NCBI GenBank assembly: GCA_000165425.1
Contig: CT867986.1
Coordinates: 1 to 64,000 of the forward strand
From: Paramecium tetraurelia
Taxonomy: Eukaryota
DNA: 64,000 bases
Direction of reading: 5' to 3'
Shown here one piece after another: positions 12,372-28,100 of the stretch. Numbering within the stretch: position 1 is the stretch's first letter; each line of letters starts with the position of its first letter. Both the position numbers and the translations under genes were made by a program. The notes under the pieces were generated by a model. The model was not told the origin of the DNA and did not search any database. It saw nothing but the letters and a program-made list of their open reading frames with translations.

Positions 12372-14498
12372 TCAGAGTTTGTTTTGTTTAAATTTGTTTG
12401 CTATTTCTTCAAATAATTTCTCCGAATGTTTGTCATCATATTTCTTTTTCTATTTTAGATTATATTTATTTTTAGGAATAAAAAACTTTGATATCTATTC
12501 ATTGCTGTACTATTAAACAATTTGTTCAATTTCCTTTTATATATATTAAGAAATAGGTAAACCTAATGCTATAAAACTCAATTTAACATAATATTAAGAG
12601 AGTTTTAGCATTGTTATTTATAACTGTAATTTCCAATAATCCAGCTCATCATCAATTAAAATGCATAAGTTTATCTTTTTCTATTTCAACTAAAACTTTT
12701 CTTAATTTTTTTAAAATAATTCAATAAGCGAAGTGAATCTCATTTCTTATTACTATCTTTGATTAAGAAAATAAAATTCCTAATTCATTTATTGATTATT
12801 CTCATTCTTATTAACGTAAACCAATTCAATTCTCTTAGAACTTGAAATATCTTTAAAACCTTTCTGATAACTTTATGTTAAATTATCTATAACTAATTTC
12901 ATAGCTTCAGTCAAATTAATCAATAATACAAAAATAGATTCATTATCCTCTTAATCATCGTTAGGACCTAATTCTTTTAGAATAGGCAATTCTTTCAAAT
13001 CTTTATAAAAAATAAAAACATCCTTAAATGATTAATTATTTGAATTTTGTTCTAATTTGATTAATTAACTTAAAGATTAAAGTAATTATTCATTATAACT
13101 TTCAATTGAAATCTACTTTAGCATTTTTAGAAGATTATTAAGCTTAAATAATTGTTACAACTATTCAAGGAATTTTTCTGTATTATCCATAAATACTCTT
13201 GATGTGAAAATAGTTTCAAATTCTTATTATTGAAATGCAACAGACAACTAATTCTGAAGTATCATAACTAACTTTTTAAGATGAGCTTTTTAATCCTGTA
13301 GAGATTTAATTTCAGTTGAAAACAATTATATATATAGCTTTAAAGTATCAATAATTATATTGTCCTATTTTATAAGATAATCTAATTTTGAAATAGCATT
13401 TTTAGATAAATTGTCAAGTTTAGAAATCATTTATTCATCAATATTATGAATCTTTTAGACAGAACATTCACTTTAATTAATTAAAGATAATTATTCTAAT
13501 TAAGTGACTTAAGCATTTGACACTGCTAAACATAAGTCATCAAATAAATGACAATCTATTGATTACCAATTGCAAGTGTTATTGATAATTGATGTGATTA
13601 TTTTTAAAATTAATGAGATTGTATGAAATTCATCTGATCTATTATCATTATCAGTTTAACTTAATAATTAATTGGTAACTCTTAGTATTTCTGAACATTC
13701 ATTTTTCAAACCTGAAACTGTGAGTTCAGAAAATTTCTTGAGAGTAGCTAGGAATGATTTTTGTAAAATTTATAAAATGTGACAAATTTAAGTTGTCTTA
13801 TTAATTTTAACATTTTATGTACTAATTTCTATGCCTTTTTCAGCCAAAAACAAAGTCTTTGGAGCAACTTTATCTGTTAGTTCTGATTGATTAATAATAG
13901 TGCTTACTTTTTGATCTAGAATATCTTGTTATTAATAAGATACTAATTATTACTTAATATTTGTAAAGGCTTCTCGAAAATCTTTCTAAATTTGGTAAAT
14001 ACTTTTCCTTGATGATCTTTTAATAATATATTCTGAATTAAAATTATTTTTTTCTGATTTAAACAAAGCATTCAAAGTTTCTAGAACTTTAATAGGTGTT
14101 GGCTATTCACTTATTACTATTGTGATAAATTAAATAAAATATTTGGATTTAACTTCTTAAATTAATTTTTCTAAGGATTCAGAATCCAATGGTTCTCCCC
14201 CATCTGTAATTAATATTATTGTGATGTATTATGGAAATTGAGCTGATAATAAATTTAGAAATATTTGATTGAGAGATTAGTTTAGATTTCCAAAATCAGC
14301 TCCGATAAATGGATTGATCTAACTTAAGCCTTTTGTCCATTAATATTGCTGTCTTTCTGTTTAACTAAAATCATTAAAAACTTCATTGTATGTTGAAATG
14401 ATTGAGTGATATTCTCTTTTCATTGAGTTTGTACCATCAAATAGGGTGGATATGAGTTGTTTTGGCAAAGGTGCTTAATAAAGATAATATGAACTCAT
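12372..14498 (-). CDS. VWA-domain-containing protein (~708 aa)
   Basis: MSSYYLYQAPLPKQLISTLFDGTNSM (MIDAS-like) and ITIIIITDGGE; start-to-TGA length is a multiple of 3. Confidence 0.7.
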
Positions 14499-14562
14499 AT
14501 AATAATTATCAAAGGAATTAATTTGTTAAATTCTATTACTATATAAAATGAATCTCAATTGA

Positions 14563-15804
14563 TCAAATTCTAGTATATTTATTATTCAAAGCACCCTAAG
14601 AGTGCATAAGCTTTAGATGAAAACTTTTTAAGGATTGATCCTGCAATAATGGGTTTTCTAAGAAGTTGGAAGGTTTAGAGAATTTGGTAACTTAAGTATC
14701 TTATGGTTCTCCTCCTCTCTCTTTTCTATATTACTTTAATTGCTATTTGAATGTGCTTGTGCTAAATGATTTATCATTAACGAGATCATTAAGTCCAGGT
14801 TATGATTAATTTCTAGGGTATTGAGATCCAATATTACTAACATAAACCTTCATTCTCTCAAAAACATCTAAATTATGATTATTAATCTTACTTGAATTTG
14901 GCTATTCAATACTGATCTATGATTTTGAAATAGATTCATTTCCTCCCAAACCTAATTTACCCATATAGCTAGCCAATTCTTCTCTTCTTTTATTTGATTT
15001 ATTTTTATCTTTAATATCAATGTTAATATTCATTTGTTAATGTACCTTTGAATTGTATTAATTATCATTTCTCAAGGATGCAGGATTAAACCCTGGTGAA
15101 GCACTTCCTTATACAAATCCAAATTTTGAAGTTTGTTTATTACTACCTATATATTTACCTGATCCATTTCCACTACCCGTTTCAACTAAGATATCTACTT
15201 TATTAGGTGTTTTAAATTGTTATAATAATTGATCCAAAGGTCTGTTACTTTCTTTTTACCTAAAATCATAATTACTGCTCTCTTGAAATTCTTCATGTTC
15301 TCTAAAAGGAGATTTCTTATTGAATATATCAGTTAAACCACTTAACGTTGATATATTTTTTTTTCTATCCACCATGCTATGATATTAATTTTAAGATCTT
15401 TAACTTATATTTAATCCAGGTTCTATTTTAGATTCTAAGGCATCCAAAATTTCCATCTTCTATTATGCTATTGCAACTTTATGTTGTGTTTCTAACACTT
15501 GCACATCAAGATTATTCCAACCCTGATTCCATTCTTATTGAGTTATTTTGCCATTATGATCAGCATCGAATCTCTTAAATATTTCAGATTTCTATTCTCC
15601 GCCTATTGTAAAATGACTTTCATCTATTGTTCCACTCTGATCAGCCATAGACTTAAATGCATCAAATTTATTTTAATGTGAATTTATTAGGTCCTTAGAT
15701 GATTTCTCCCATGCACTAGTAACTTTAACATCTTAATTAGATTCTTCTGGTTATTTAGAGGATGAGGATTACTATTAAGAATCTTGTTTGCCACTCTCAG
15801 ACAT
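14563..15804 (-). CDS. Hypothetical protein with an EF-hand motif
   Basis: MSESGKQDS...EIFKRFDADHNGKITQQEW canonical EF loop; long TGA-free frame; 3' end uncertain. Confidence 0.6.
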
Positions 15805-16179
15805 TTTGATAAAATTAAATTTTATTTATTTTTAATTTAGATAATATCAATAATTTTCATTTATATAAACATAGAAGAGTATGGATTAATAATTAATAAA
15901 AAATTATAATTCTTTAATTTCTGATAATTAGATTCTTATATAATAAGTTATAATTTATAGAGTATAACCTCAGTTAAATCTATTTTGATGAATGAGGTAA
16001 ATAATCTAATATAATAATGTTATATAACAGGCATTTATAAAAATTAATATCTACTTAGATCTCTTAATTCACCATATGCATTCAAATAAAACAAACTCTA
16101 ATCTTTAGTTAAAGCGAGGAAATATTTAATAAAATAGAAAATGTATTTATTATGTTTTTAATATGAATAATCAAATCAT

Positions 16180-19100
16180 TCATTATGAAGCTCCTGATTT
16201 AGGTCCTGCGGCTTAATCACTTTAACCTGATTTAGGTCCATCTGCTGTATCTGTTTATCCAGATTTTGGTCCTTATGATTATTCAGCAATTCCTGACTTA
16301 GCTCCGGCTGTTTTATCTACAACTCCTGAAGCTGGTCCACCGCTAACTGTGAATTATCCAGAAGCAGGTCCTCCTTTAACATCAAATTATCCTGAAGCTG
16401 GTCCAGCTTATCTGTTCAATTTGATTGAGCTTAAGCCTTGGTTACCAAGTAGGACTGAGAGGACTTGATCTGCGGCCTGTTATTATGGTTCATAGGGCCA
16501 TGAGGAAATGACTGATTTAGGTTTGTTTGTGAAGGCACCATCACCGAAATTGAGATTCCAATTGAACATTGTACCTTCAAATTATTGATTGAATCCATCT
16601 CCTCCCAAGTAGAACCAGAACTTATTAGGAACAAAGTGTTTCAAATCGTTGTATTGATTTCCTAATTCTCTGTTCAAGAATAGAGAGTAAGCAAAGGCTT
16701 TTCTGATCTTGGAATTGTAACCGAAGTACAAGAAGATCCATTCTCCTCCATTTGCTTCAATCTTGGATGGCCATTAGATATCGTTTTAGTCATCCTCATT
16801 GCTATCCAAATCTCCATAATCATAAGTAGAGAAAGTGAATGCATCCTTGAATAAGAAACATGCAAGTGTTCTATCACCTGCCAATGATTTATCCTTTTGA
16901 ATAGCTGGATCATTGATAGTCAATCTGAAGATCATTCTTGATAATTCATCAGCTTATCCTCTTCTAGTTTGTACCCAACCAGAAACTGCATATTCAAGGA
17001 CTCCTTAATATTGATCATATTAATTCTTAATGGGGATACCAGCATCACCCTTATTGATAACTTTCTCCTATTTCAAAACATTGATGTCTGTTCTAGCAGG
17101 AACTGTCAATTATGGTTTTGGTTAGACTGCTAAGACATCTTTCAAGAATTACTCCTTGGAACCAACAAATCCTTATCCGAAGAAGATTCTTAATCCAGTA
17201 ATCATACCATTAAATGCTGGATATCCGAATTCATTATTGGCAACAACCACTCTAGCATAACCATTTAATGGATTATGAGCAATATCTAATAATTCAACTC
17301 TAGCAACTGTTTATCCTGGTAAATCTCCAAAGTGAACAAAACCAACTGCTCTGGGTGTATCTTATGCAGTGAATGAGTAATAGATATAGTTCCAATGTCC
17401 TTCAAGGTAGTCATCGTAATTTGAATTAGCAGATATGGATGCCTTGTTGGTCTTCTTGTCATATGTAGTGAAATGATAGTATCCTTTACCAGCCCAAATT
17501 GCTAACACTCTGTTTCCAAGAGCAACATTATCTTCATATTTCTCAGTGTTGGTCAATCTGATTAATTGATGGAATGGAGATTTCTCAATAACTCTATCTG
17601 GGGTAGTCATCAACCATCTTGTCCATAATCCATAACCATATTCAGTGACACCACCTACTTCCTCTTTGAATGTCAAGTCATATCCTGGTCTATCTTTGAT
17701 TGGAACAAGAATGATTTCCTCTTTGGCAGGTTTCCAATCTGATTTCTTAGCTTACAATCCCAACAAGTTTGGTAACATATTTTCATAATTTCCTTTATTG
17801 GGATCAATGTAAGCACCTTTTCCAAAGATTGCTCCTACTTTTCTCATTGGTCCTTCCCATCCACCTAAGAATCCATCTGATCCTGCAAACAAGGCGAAAT
17901 ATTTAGGTATCATGTGTAAGACATTATCATAAGGAACAACAGCCTTATCTGATGGGAACTTCACAATACCTGAAGCAACCTTCTTTGGCCAACTGTATCC
18001 GAACCAAACGTAAGTCCAAACTCCGAAGTTGTTTCCAAGTGGAGTGGGTTTTCTAATATTAGCCACTTAACCATCATCAATAGTACCAAGAGTGTATGTT
18101 GAGAAGACTACTTCATTTGGTTAGTACATAATCAAGAGTGTTCTATCTCCTACTATAGCTGCTTCTTTTCTGTAAGCTGGTTCATTGTTTGTCAATCTCA
18201 AAAGGACATTGTTATCTTTCTATAATTTAGGTTAGGCATATCTGAACCATCCGAAGATAGAGTATTCAAGAGACTCTTGATATTGACTTGGCCATTCAGA
18301 GACTTATGGATTATCTCCAACTCTCTTTTAAACTTCATCTTCTTATACCTTTAGCACCTAAGTATCAGGAATGTTGAGGTCTGGTTATGGGAATGTGGTC
18401 TTGATTAATTCTTCCAAAGATTCTACATCAGGGACATAGCCTTGTCCACCGAAGAGCAGTTACAATTATGAAATCTTACCATTGAAACCTGGATAAGCGA
18501 ATTCCTTTCCGATAATGACTTTACCATATCCTTCAATTGGTTTATGTGTGATTTCTGGGAAGGTCACTCTCTTGACATCTCCTGAACCACCGAATTTAAT
18601 GTAACCAATAGCTTGTTGTTTTGAACTGGCGAAACAGAAGTAAATGAAGTTCCATTCTCCTTCTAATTTATCATCATATTTGACATCTTAAGCAATAGTT
18701 GGAGTATTTGTAGCCAAATTGTATGTTCTGAATCCATAAAATCCTTTTCCTAACCATAATGCAAGGGTTCTGTCTCCAACCTTAGATTAATCTTAATAGT
18801 CTCTGTTGACTGTGAATCTAGCTATTGATACCCATGCTGGTTTATCTAAGACTCTCTTTGGAATTGCTGTTAAGTATCTGCTCCAGAATCCAATTGCATA
18901 AGCTGAATGTCCATCTATTGCTGCTGGGTCTAATTCTTATTACACGACTCCATCAAATGACAAGTCGAATTATTCCTTCTTGTCTGCCCATTTGTATGGT
19001 TTAGCTTAGACTCCTAGTGCACCTGCAATGTATGGATCGAAACTCAAAATATCCTTTTCTCTATAGGCACCATTTCCAGCCATCAAATACAATTATTAGT

Positions 19101-22100
19101 ATTTGCCATTGTAAGGAGTGTGAATTCCATCCTTTCCAACATATAATCCTAAGTATCTTGGAACTCTATGAGAAGCAGCCAATTTCTTTTCACATTCAGT
19201 AGTTCTAGTCTTGTAGAAACTGTAAACACTGCTAGCCTTTTTACTGTAAGCATAGTAAGCATAAACCCAAGCAGTTTGATCAAGAGCTGGAGTTGGACAT
19301 TCTGTGAAGATTTGTTAGAAAGCATCATCAACATCTGGGGTAGTGTATGTACTGAAGAATTGTCTGTGATCAGCATATTAGAATAATGATAACACTCTGT
19401 CTCCTGGTCTAACATGATTTCCTCTGATATTTTATTCGTTGTAGGAGAGAGTATACACATTTTCCCAAGTTGCTCTAGCTATTGTAGACCATTTGAACCA
19501 TATTGACACTGAGTACTCAGACTATCCAGCAAACTTATCACTGAATTCAACAGGAGCTACTTAAGCCACTTCTCTCTTCATATCTCTTTATTCTTCAAAG
19601 ATGACTTATTTGATTGGTGCTAATTCTGGGAATTTAGGCATTTCTGGTATTTATTTTCTGAGATCATCTGGGTTTTAGTAGAAAGCACCATCTCCTAATC
19701 TCAAAATAACATTTGAGATGTGTCCATTGAATGAATGATAGTTTGTTCTCAATTTGGCACCTGAACTACCGACACAGAAGTACAAATAGTCGGATAATGG
19801 AGTATGATTAACAACCTCAGGGAAAGTAGTTGATCTAACAGCTGAACCTCCAAAGAACACATGTCCTACTATCCTTCCTCCCTTGTCTAATTTCTTATAT
19901 CCATAGTAGATGTAATTCCATGATCCATCCAATAAGTTATTGTAGTTTACATTGTTTACCAAATTAGCATTTCCTGGGAGAGAGGTAGTGAAATGATAGA
20001 AACCAGATCCTACCCAAATAGCCAACAATCTATCTCCGATTTAAGCAGCATCTCCTTAATAGTTTGGTCTGTATGTCAATCTAGATAATGCCATCCATGC
20101 TGGTTTGTCAACTAGTTTTCTTTCTCCATTCCAAATAAATCTTGTCCACATTCCATATCCATATTCAGTCAATCCATTAATGTAATCATCTGTTATTTCG
20201 ACCTCCTTTCCTAATGATTGTTCAGAGGGTCCCCAATTATTTTAGAATAAGTCCTTTTATTCCCAATCCTTTGGCTTTGGAATGATTCTTCCGCCAAATC
20301 CATATGATAATTAATCTGATTCATCCACTCCATAATCTGCAGTCTTGTATGCTCCATTACCAGTATTGAAATACCAAGATTCAAGGAAACCATTCCATCC
20401 ACCATGCCATTAATCTTTACCAAATTGAACATAAAATTGTGTTGGGACAAAGTGATTGGCTGGTACATCAAAGTGAATATCTCTTGATGGATATTTAATG
20501 TAAATGTGAACACTCTACTTTGATCTTGAATATCCTTAATAGAAGTAAACCCAATTCTTATGCATAACTTCATCATATGGATTTGTTCTCTCGATGTTCC
20601 ATGCTCCGCCATGACCTTAATCTACTGTATAAGTTGCAAAATAGAAAAATCCGAGACCTTTCCAGCATGATAATGTTCTATCTCCTGGTCTATCAGCATT
20701 CTTCAATCCTTCAGTGTCTTTATTGAAAATCTAAACTCTATAAAGTAAATGCCATGCTTAAATTGATGCTGGATCTACCCATCTTGCCCATCCTGAAATT
20801 GCATATTCATCTTTTCCTCTTGCTGCTTCTGGTTTGACTGTTACAAAAACTGGTTCACCATCTGCTCTAAATTCTTTCTTTTCTTTCAAGATGCTCAAAC
20901 TTACTCTAGATTAATCAACAAGAACTTCATCTGGTAATTTCCATGGGTCCTAAATGAATTTTAAGAGATCATCTTTAGTTGCTATATGGGCTCCCTTAAC
21001 CTAATCTTAATCCAATATTTAATAGATGACCATTGAAGTTATTGTATTTGAATGATTCAGTTTCTCCACCACATGTTAGTTCTCAAATATTCACTAACTA
21101 GTTCATGTTTAACATCGAATTTTAATTCAGCAATATCTTTATCATCAAAGTAAACATATGCTTTAACTACTCCCTTCTTATATGACATAGAGATGAATCT
21201 CCAGTAACCATCAACAATCTTGAATGGAGTTTGTTGGCCTACATCACTATTTCCTGTAGTGTAAGTAGCGAAATAATAAGTTGGGAAATACTACCATGCT
21301 ACTAGCACTCTGTCTCCTGGTTATTGAGTATTTTTGTTGACTCTTTAAGTTGAAAGTCTAGCAATAGAGTGAGTATGGGGTCTAAATGGCAAGTTCTTTG
21401 GTTCAGTTCTGGATGATCTAACCCATGCAACCCAACCATATTCATCTAATCCTCTGATGTTATCTTTAGCATCTGTCAATTCAACATTATAGACTATTTC
21501 ATTGCTATCAGAAATAGAGGGTATTTATTTATTCTTGTCACTCCAGATTTCTAATAATGAGAATGGTTGTCTGTATTTCTTCTCTCCTTCAGCAAATTAG
21601 AATAAGTCATTCTTTTTAGTGAATGGTTTCATGGTGAATGCACCTTCTCCATAATTCAAATTAACCATACTAGCAGTACCAGTGAATCCTCTATGTGATG
21701 GGAAGAACTTCTTGTAATCTTTACCAAATGACAAGTAGTGTTTATTTACTACAAGATGCTTCTATTTATCAAAGACCTTCTCGACATCAGATTCTTAGAA
21801 TGAAATAAAATGATATTGAATTCCTTTGTCTCTTGAATATCCTGAATAGAAGAAGTGCCATACTGTGTGTTGATCAGCATGAGGAATCACATGTTCAAAT
21901 GTCCATGGTTGTCCTGGGTTATAGTTATAAGTGTGATATTGATAGTAAGTATTATGTTTGTACAATGCCAAGTCTCTATCACCAAATCTGTTTTCAGCAT
22001 TCAAATCGCCATTATATAAACTTAATCTGAATACATTGTACCATGGGGCACCAAGAGCTGGATTATCCCATCTGAGCCATCCTGAAATTGAGTATTCTGT

Positions 22101-25100
22101 TGCAAATTTGCTGAAATCATTTGGTACTTCAACTATAACTTCATCTTAACTGTCTCCCTTGAATTGTTTCTAACCTTCCACTACTTTGAATTATTTGAAT
22201 TTGTTATCATCAACAGCAGGGTGAGGAATTCTATTGAGTAAATACTTCTTCTTTGATTCGTAATTCTTGACAAATGCACCAGGTCCTAATTTGACTGCAT
22301 AGTTAGCAAACTAACCATTGAATCTTGGATAGAAGTGAGGAGGTGCAGATCCCAAAGTGAATTTCAAATAATCAACTTTACCATGATTGCATTTCATTGG
22401 AATATGGAATACTTCTTCATTGTTATCGAATTTCAAAATACCAACTGCCAATTAATCTTCCAATGAATAACTGAAATATAAGAATGTCCATAATCCTTCC
22501 CTTTCAGCAACATTAATTCTACCTAACATATTTGGATCTCCTGGTAGATTGTTGGTAACAAACAAAATAGCAGCTTGTTCTTACCAAGTAGCCAATAATC
22601 TATCTCCCATTCTAATATTTCCTTCATCCTTATTCCATGACAATCTTGACATCATGTACCATGGTTCCAATCTACCATCTCTCATTTGTACTGGGTATTA
22701 TTCAAGATGTCTATAATAGAATCCATAACCATATTCTTAAATACCAGCTAAATCTTCCTTCTTGAATTCAGTTGAATAAACTGGTTTATCTTGATTCCAT
22801 GCTGAATCTAATACTTCTTATTATCTAAGTGGATCTACTTCAGGTTCTTTTTCTTTGACATTATCTTTTCCAATATTGTATCCGAAGATATCTTATTTAT
22901 TGTCACCATAAGTTTTAGGATCAAAAGCACCATCACCTCCATTCAATCTCAAATGTGCAATATTACCACTATATGCTGCATAAAACTTATCTTTAGCTGT
23001 ATAAACTGAGAATTTATTTGGTAAGTATTAGAATGTGTTTTTGAATTGTAATTCAGCAACTCTGTCCTTAAATTCTACTCTAGCATGTGCTAATCTTTAT
23101 GTTCTTGAATATCCATAGTAAACGTAATACCATTTTGTATAATCTGTCTCATAATTCATATTCTAATATTAATTAGCATTTCCTCCTGCATTGATATTGG
23201 CAGCATGATAACAAGTGAAATGGAAATATCCTTATCCAACCCATGCACTCAAGACTCTGTCTCCTAAGAATGATAAATCTTCAGAATTTTGAAGACTTGA
23301 CAATCTCACCATTAAATGCCATGCTTATTATACAGTTGGAGTCCATTTGAACCATCCTGACCATGAGTACTCTCCTGTCAAAGCAAATTCAGTGAAAACC
23401 TTTTCATCTTTAGCAGTATCCTTTCCGAACTCCTTTGGTGCATCAATAAGATTCTTGGTCACAAGATTTCTGTTGAAAGGATCTGGTGATTTGAGATCTT
23501 TGAAGAATTCATTGAATTCGGCCTCATCTCGTTTGAAGATTCCATCGCCCACTGACAATATTACATTTGAAAATTGACCATTAAATGCTGGATAATTGAC
23601 TTGAGATCCTCCCAAATAGAATTATAGGAAAGTAGGTGCTACATGTTCAGCTGCGAAGACAACCTTATTCAATTTTTCTCCGTTATGCAAGAAACCTACT
23701 GACTACTTGCTTCCAAGACTGTGAGCAAAGTGCAAATAATACCAAACACCATCAATGTCATTTGGATTGGCAATATTCTAATTCAAGTTTGGATTACCTT
23801 GATGATATGTAGTAAAGTGATAGAAATTGCCATGATTCAACCAAACAGCCAAGACTCTATCTCCAACAGTAATATCCTATAATAATTGATTCTTAGTTAA
23901 TCTAGCAACAAATGACCAACCCTTATCAGCTAATCCTCTTGGCATTTGAACTGGATAATGAGCCAAATGTCTCAACCACATGGAGTAACCATATTCATTA
24001 ATATCATCCAAATCTGATCCAATCAATTTCTTTGTCCATACTGGATCCTTTCCATCCCATGGAGAGTCAGAAACTCCCTTATTCTAGTCTCTATTGACAT
24101 CCAAAGTGGGGGATGGTTTGACATAATCCTATTTGCCTAGATTATAAGCAAAGATGTCATTCTTGGCTTTCTCATAACCGCTTGTTCTGTAAGCACCTTC
24201 ACCAACATTCAATCTGAAATAAGAAGCAATACCAGCAAATGGTTGGTAGAATTTGTCCCTAGCGACTTACAATGAGAATTTATTTGGATAGTAGTGCTTG
24301 TGATCTTTGAAAGTGAATTATTCCATTCTTCCCTTAAATTCTACTCTGTAGTAGGCAGCCTTCTCAATCAAAGAATATCCAAAGTAAACATAATGCCATC
24401 TTACTAAATCTTATCCAGAGTTAATTCTATTCCAACTATCAGCATTTCCACCTCCAACTAAATTAGTATATGTATATGTGGAGAATTGCATCATATTGCC
24501 TGGTCCTGCCCATGCTGCTAATGTTCTATCTCCCAAATAAGACAAATCTGTTGGTCCTTAGTATAAACTCAATCTAGCATACAAGAAGAAGGCACCTGCT
24601 GGAAGATTATCCCATTTGAACCATCCTGACCAAGCATATTCTGGTCTCAAAGCAACATCCTCTTCAAACATTTATTCTTTAACTTCTTATTTACCATCAT
24701 AAGGTTATTCCTTTGGAATTACTTCGAATGTCCTCAAGTCATAATTGAATTAGGCTGGCATCTTGAATCCTGACAAATGTTTAGTCAATGTAGCCTCGTC
24801 ATCAATGAAGATTCCCTTGCTGGCTGATACCATAACATCACTGAATTGACCATTCCATGAACTATAGAAGTCTTTACCTCCCAAATAGAATTGTAAGAAT
24901 GAGGGTGGTACATGAGTTGCAGCTTGTTAATATCTAACAGGCTTCTCATCACCATACTTCAAGAAGGCAACACTTGATTTCTTCTCTAAATTATGACTGA
25001 AATGAATATAGATCCAAATTCCTTCGAAATCTGGTCTTGCAGCTGCATTTACAATTGAGTTTGGATTACCAGCATTGTAAGTTGTAATGTGGAATGCACT

Positions 25101-28100
25101 ATTTCTATTCAAGAATATTGCCAAAGTTCTGTCTCCTAAAGTGATATCCTACAATTTCTAGTTCTTTGTTAATCTAGAGACAAATGTCCATTCACCTTAC
25201 ATTCCTGATTTCTATGGAGTTGGATATTAAGTCAAATATCTTGCCCAGAATCCATAACCATACTCCTCACAACTTGCTACTTCATCATCTGACAACACTT
25301 TTGTGAATGATGGCTTCTCTTGACTTGGGGCTGCACTAACTAAAAGATCAGTTGCTCTGTCCTTGATATCAAATGGTTTCACTTTAGTCTAAACAAATGG
25401 AGCACCAAATCCAAAGAAGTCTTTTTCATGAGTGAAATCTTCTCCCTTTCTGAATGAACCAGCTCCAATGTTGAAATTAATAGCACCAATCTAACCATTG
25501 TATCCATTTATTGCATCCTTTCCTACATAAACATAGAATCTTGGAACGAAGTAATGGTTAACCTTATCCCATGATAAAGATTCGGATCCCTTATAGTATT
25601 AAACAATAGCATATGACAATCTGTCATTTCTTGAATATCCATGATAGACAAAGAACCATCTCAAGTGTCTATCTTTATGTTCAGCTTATTTCCAAATATT
25701 GTTATTTCCTGCTCCATTCATATTCACATATGTATATGTACTCTAATGAATATTACCAAATCCAATCCAACCTGCCAATGTTCTATCTCCCAATACTGCT
25801 GTATCTGTTGGCTCTTTCTTCAATAATACTCTGTATAAATTCTACCATTGATTTGCTGGAGTTCCTTCAATCCATTTATACCATCCACTGATTGAGTATT
25901 CAACTGGGAATCTTTAATTGTCTTCTCCGAATTCCCTCAAAAAGAAATCATTTTCTGGTTTTCTAGTAATTGGATCCTTAATCAACAAATAATTCTATGG
26001 AGTAGTATCTAATTTGGGATATGGATTAGCATTAACATATTTATTCAAAGCATCAATGCTGTCAACATAAGCTCCTATTGAAGATGAGAATGTAATTGAT
26101 GTGAACAAACCATTGAATCCTGGGTATCTCTTTTCATCATTACCACCAACTATGAATCTCAAATATTTGGTTAATGGTTAGGTTGTTTAGTGTGTGATCT
26201 ATTTGAAATTCTCCTCTCCGAACTTAATGAAACCTTGAGCTTTGTTCTCTTCAACACTGTATGAATAATAAACATAAGTCCACAATCCTTCAATATCTTC
26301 TGGATAATTAACATTTTGAATAAGATTTGGAGTTTCCAGTCAAAACATTGGCTGCTGTGAAATGATAATATCCTTGTCCTTACCACAAGGCTAACATTCT
26401 GTCTCCCATTCTAATGTTATCATATTTCTCTTAATTAGCCAATCTAGCAACGAAATACCATGCTTCATTCTTACCATTATTTAATCTCTATGGATAGGCA
26501 GTCAAGAATCTCATCCAAAATCCATAACCATACTCATCAAATGGATTCTCTGAATTAACATTCTTATCATGTATTGGTTTATCCTAATTGAATGCATTTT
26601 CCTTAATTGCAGGATCTGAATCAGCTGGCTTAAATCCAGTGTCTGGTTTCTTCAATTTATCAACACCTGCTCCAATACCGAAAGCATCATTGGGATGAGT
26701 GAAATCTTTACCACTTCTGAATGCACCTTTACCCAAATTGAATTGAGCAAATGCAACCTTACCATGCCAACCTGTATAGAATTTATCTCTTCCGAAGAAC
26801 ACTTAGAAGTTTGGTGCATAGTAATGGTTTGTATTATCGTAATTCAAGAAGTCATCATCTGATTACCATTTGATGTAAGAATATGCCTTAGCTTAAGGTT
26901 TTGAATATCCGAAATAAACGAAGAACCACTTGGTGTGTCTATCTTTGTGTAAGATATTCTTCCAAACATTTGCATTACCACCTCCATTCATGTTAGCATA
27001 AGTGTATGTTGGCATATGAATGATACCTCCTTCAGCTGTTCCGATCCAAGTAGATAATGTTCTATCTCCTAAGTATTGATCTGCTGGTTTTTCATTTAAT
27101 GAAACTCTGAACAAGTTTTACCAAGCATCTTATGGAGCTTATTACCATTTGAACCAACCACTGATTGAATATTCTAATGGGAATCTTTCATTGTCTTTTC
27201 CAATTACATTAAGGAGTGGTTCATTGGTCTTCTCTCTGTATTATTCATTAGTAACTAATCTATAGGTTTGTAAATCAACTTATCCAATTGTTGGGTTTTC
27301 CAATTTGTTCATGTATCCTTTTAATTAATCAGCTGTGTCTATGAAAACTCCTTTAACAGCATCGAATGTGACTTAAGTGAAAAGACCATTGAAACCAGGG
27401 TATCTCTTAGCATCAGTACCTCCTAAAATGAATCTGACATATTTTGTATCTGGATGAGTAACATCATGTCTGACGGCTTTGATTAGTATCTTCAGCTCCA
27501 TATTTGATGAAACCGACAGCTCTTGATTTAGCTTCACTGTATGAATAGTAGATGTAGGTCCAAACACCTTCAATATCAGCTGGATAATCCATATTTTTAA
27601 ATAACGTTGGCATTTCCATTGACTGCATTACAAGTTGTGAAGTGATAATATCCTTATCCTTACCAAATTGCCAATAATCTATCACCCATTCTAATATTAT
27701 CATAGTTTTCTTGATTAGCAATTCTAGCAACAAAGTACCATGGTTAGTTCTTACCACTAAGCATTCTTTCTGGGAAGGCTGTTAAAAATCTCAACCAGAA
27801 ACCATAACCATACTCTTCCAAGTTATTATCTGATTTAACATTCTAATCAATTAATGGTTTATCTTAACTTGTTGGACTAATTAATAAATCTTTATTGATT
27901 TATCCTGGTTTAACTTCTTCTTGTTTTTCAAATAATTTAGCTTATCCAACATTGAATTTGAAGATATCTTATGGATGGTCGAATTTATTGTTCTTGACAT
28001 AAGCGCCACTACCTGCATTGAAGTTAACATAGGCTATTCTTCCATTTAATCCAACATATGCTTCATCTCTACCAACCCAAACTTAGAATTCTGGTGTCAA

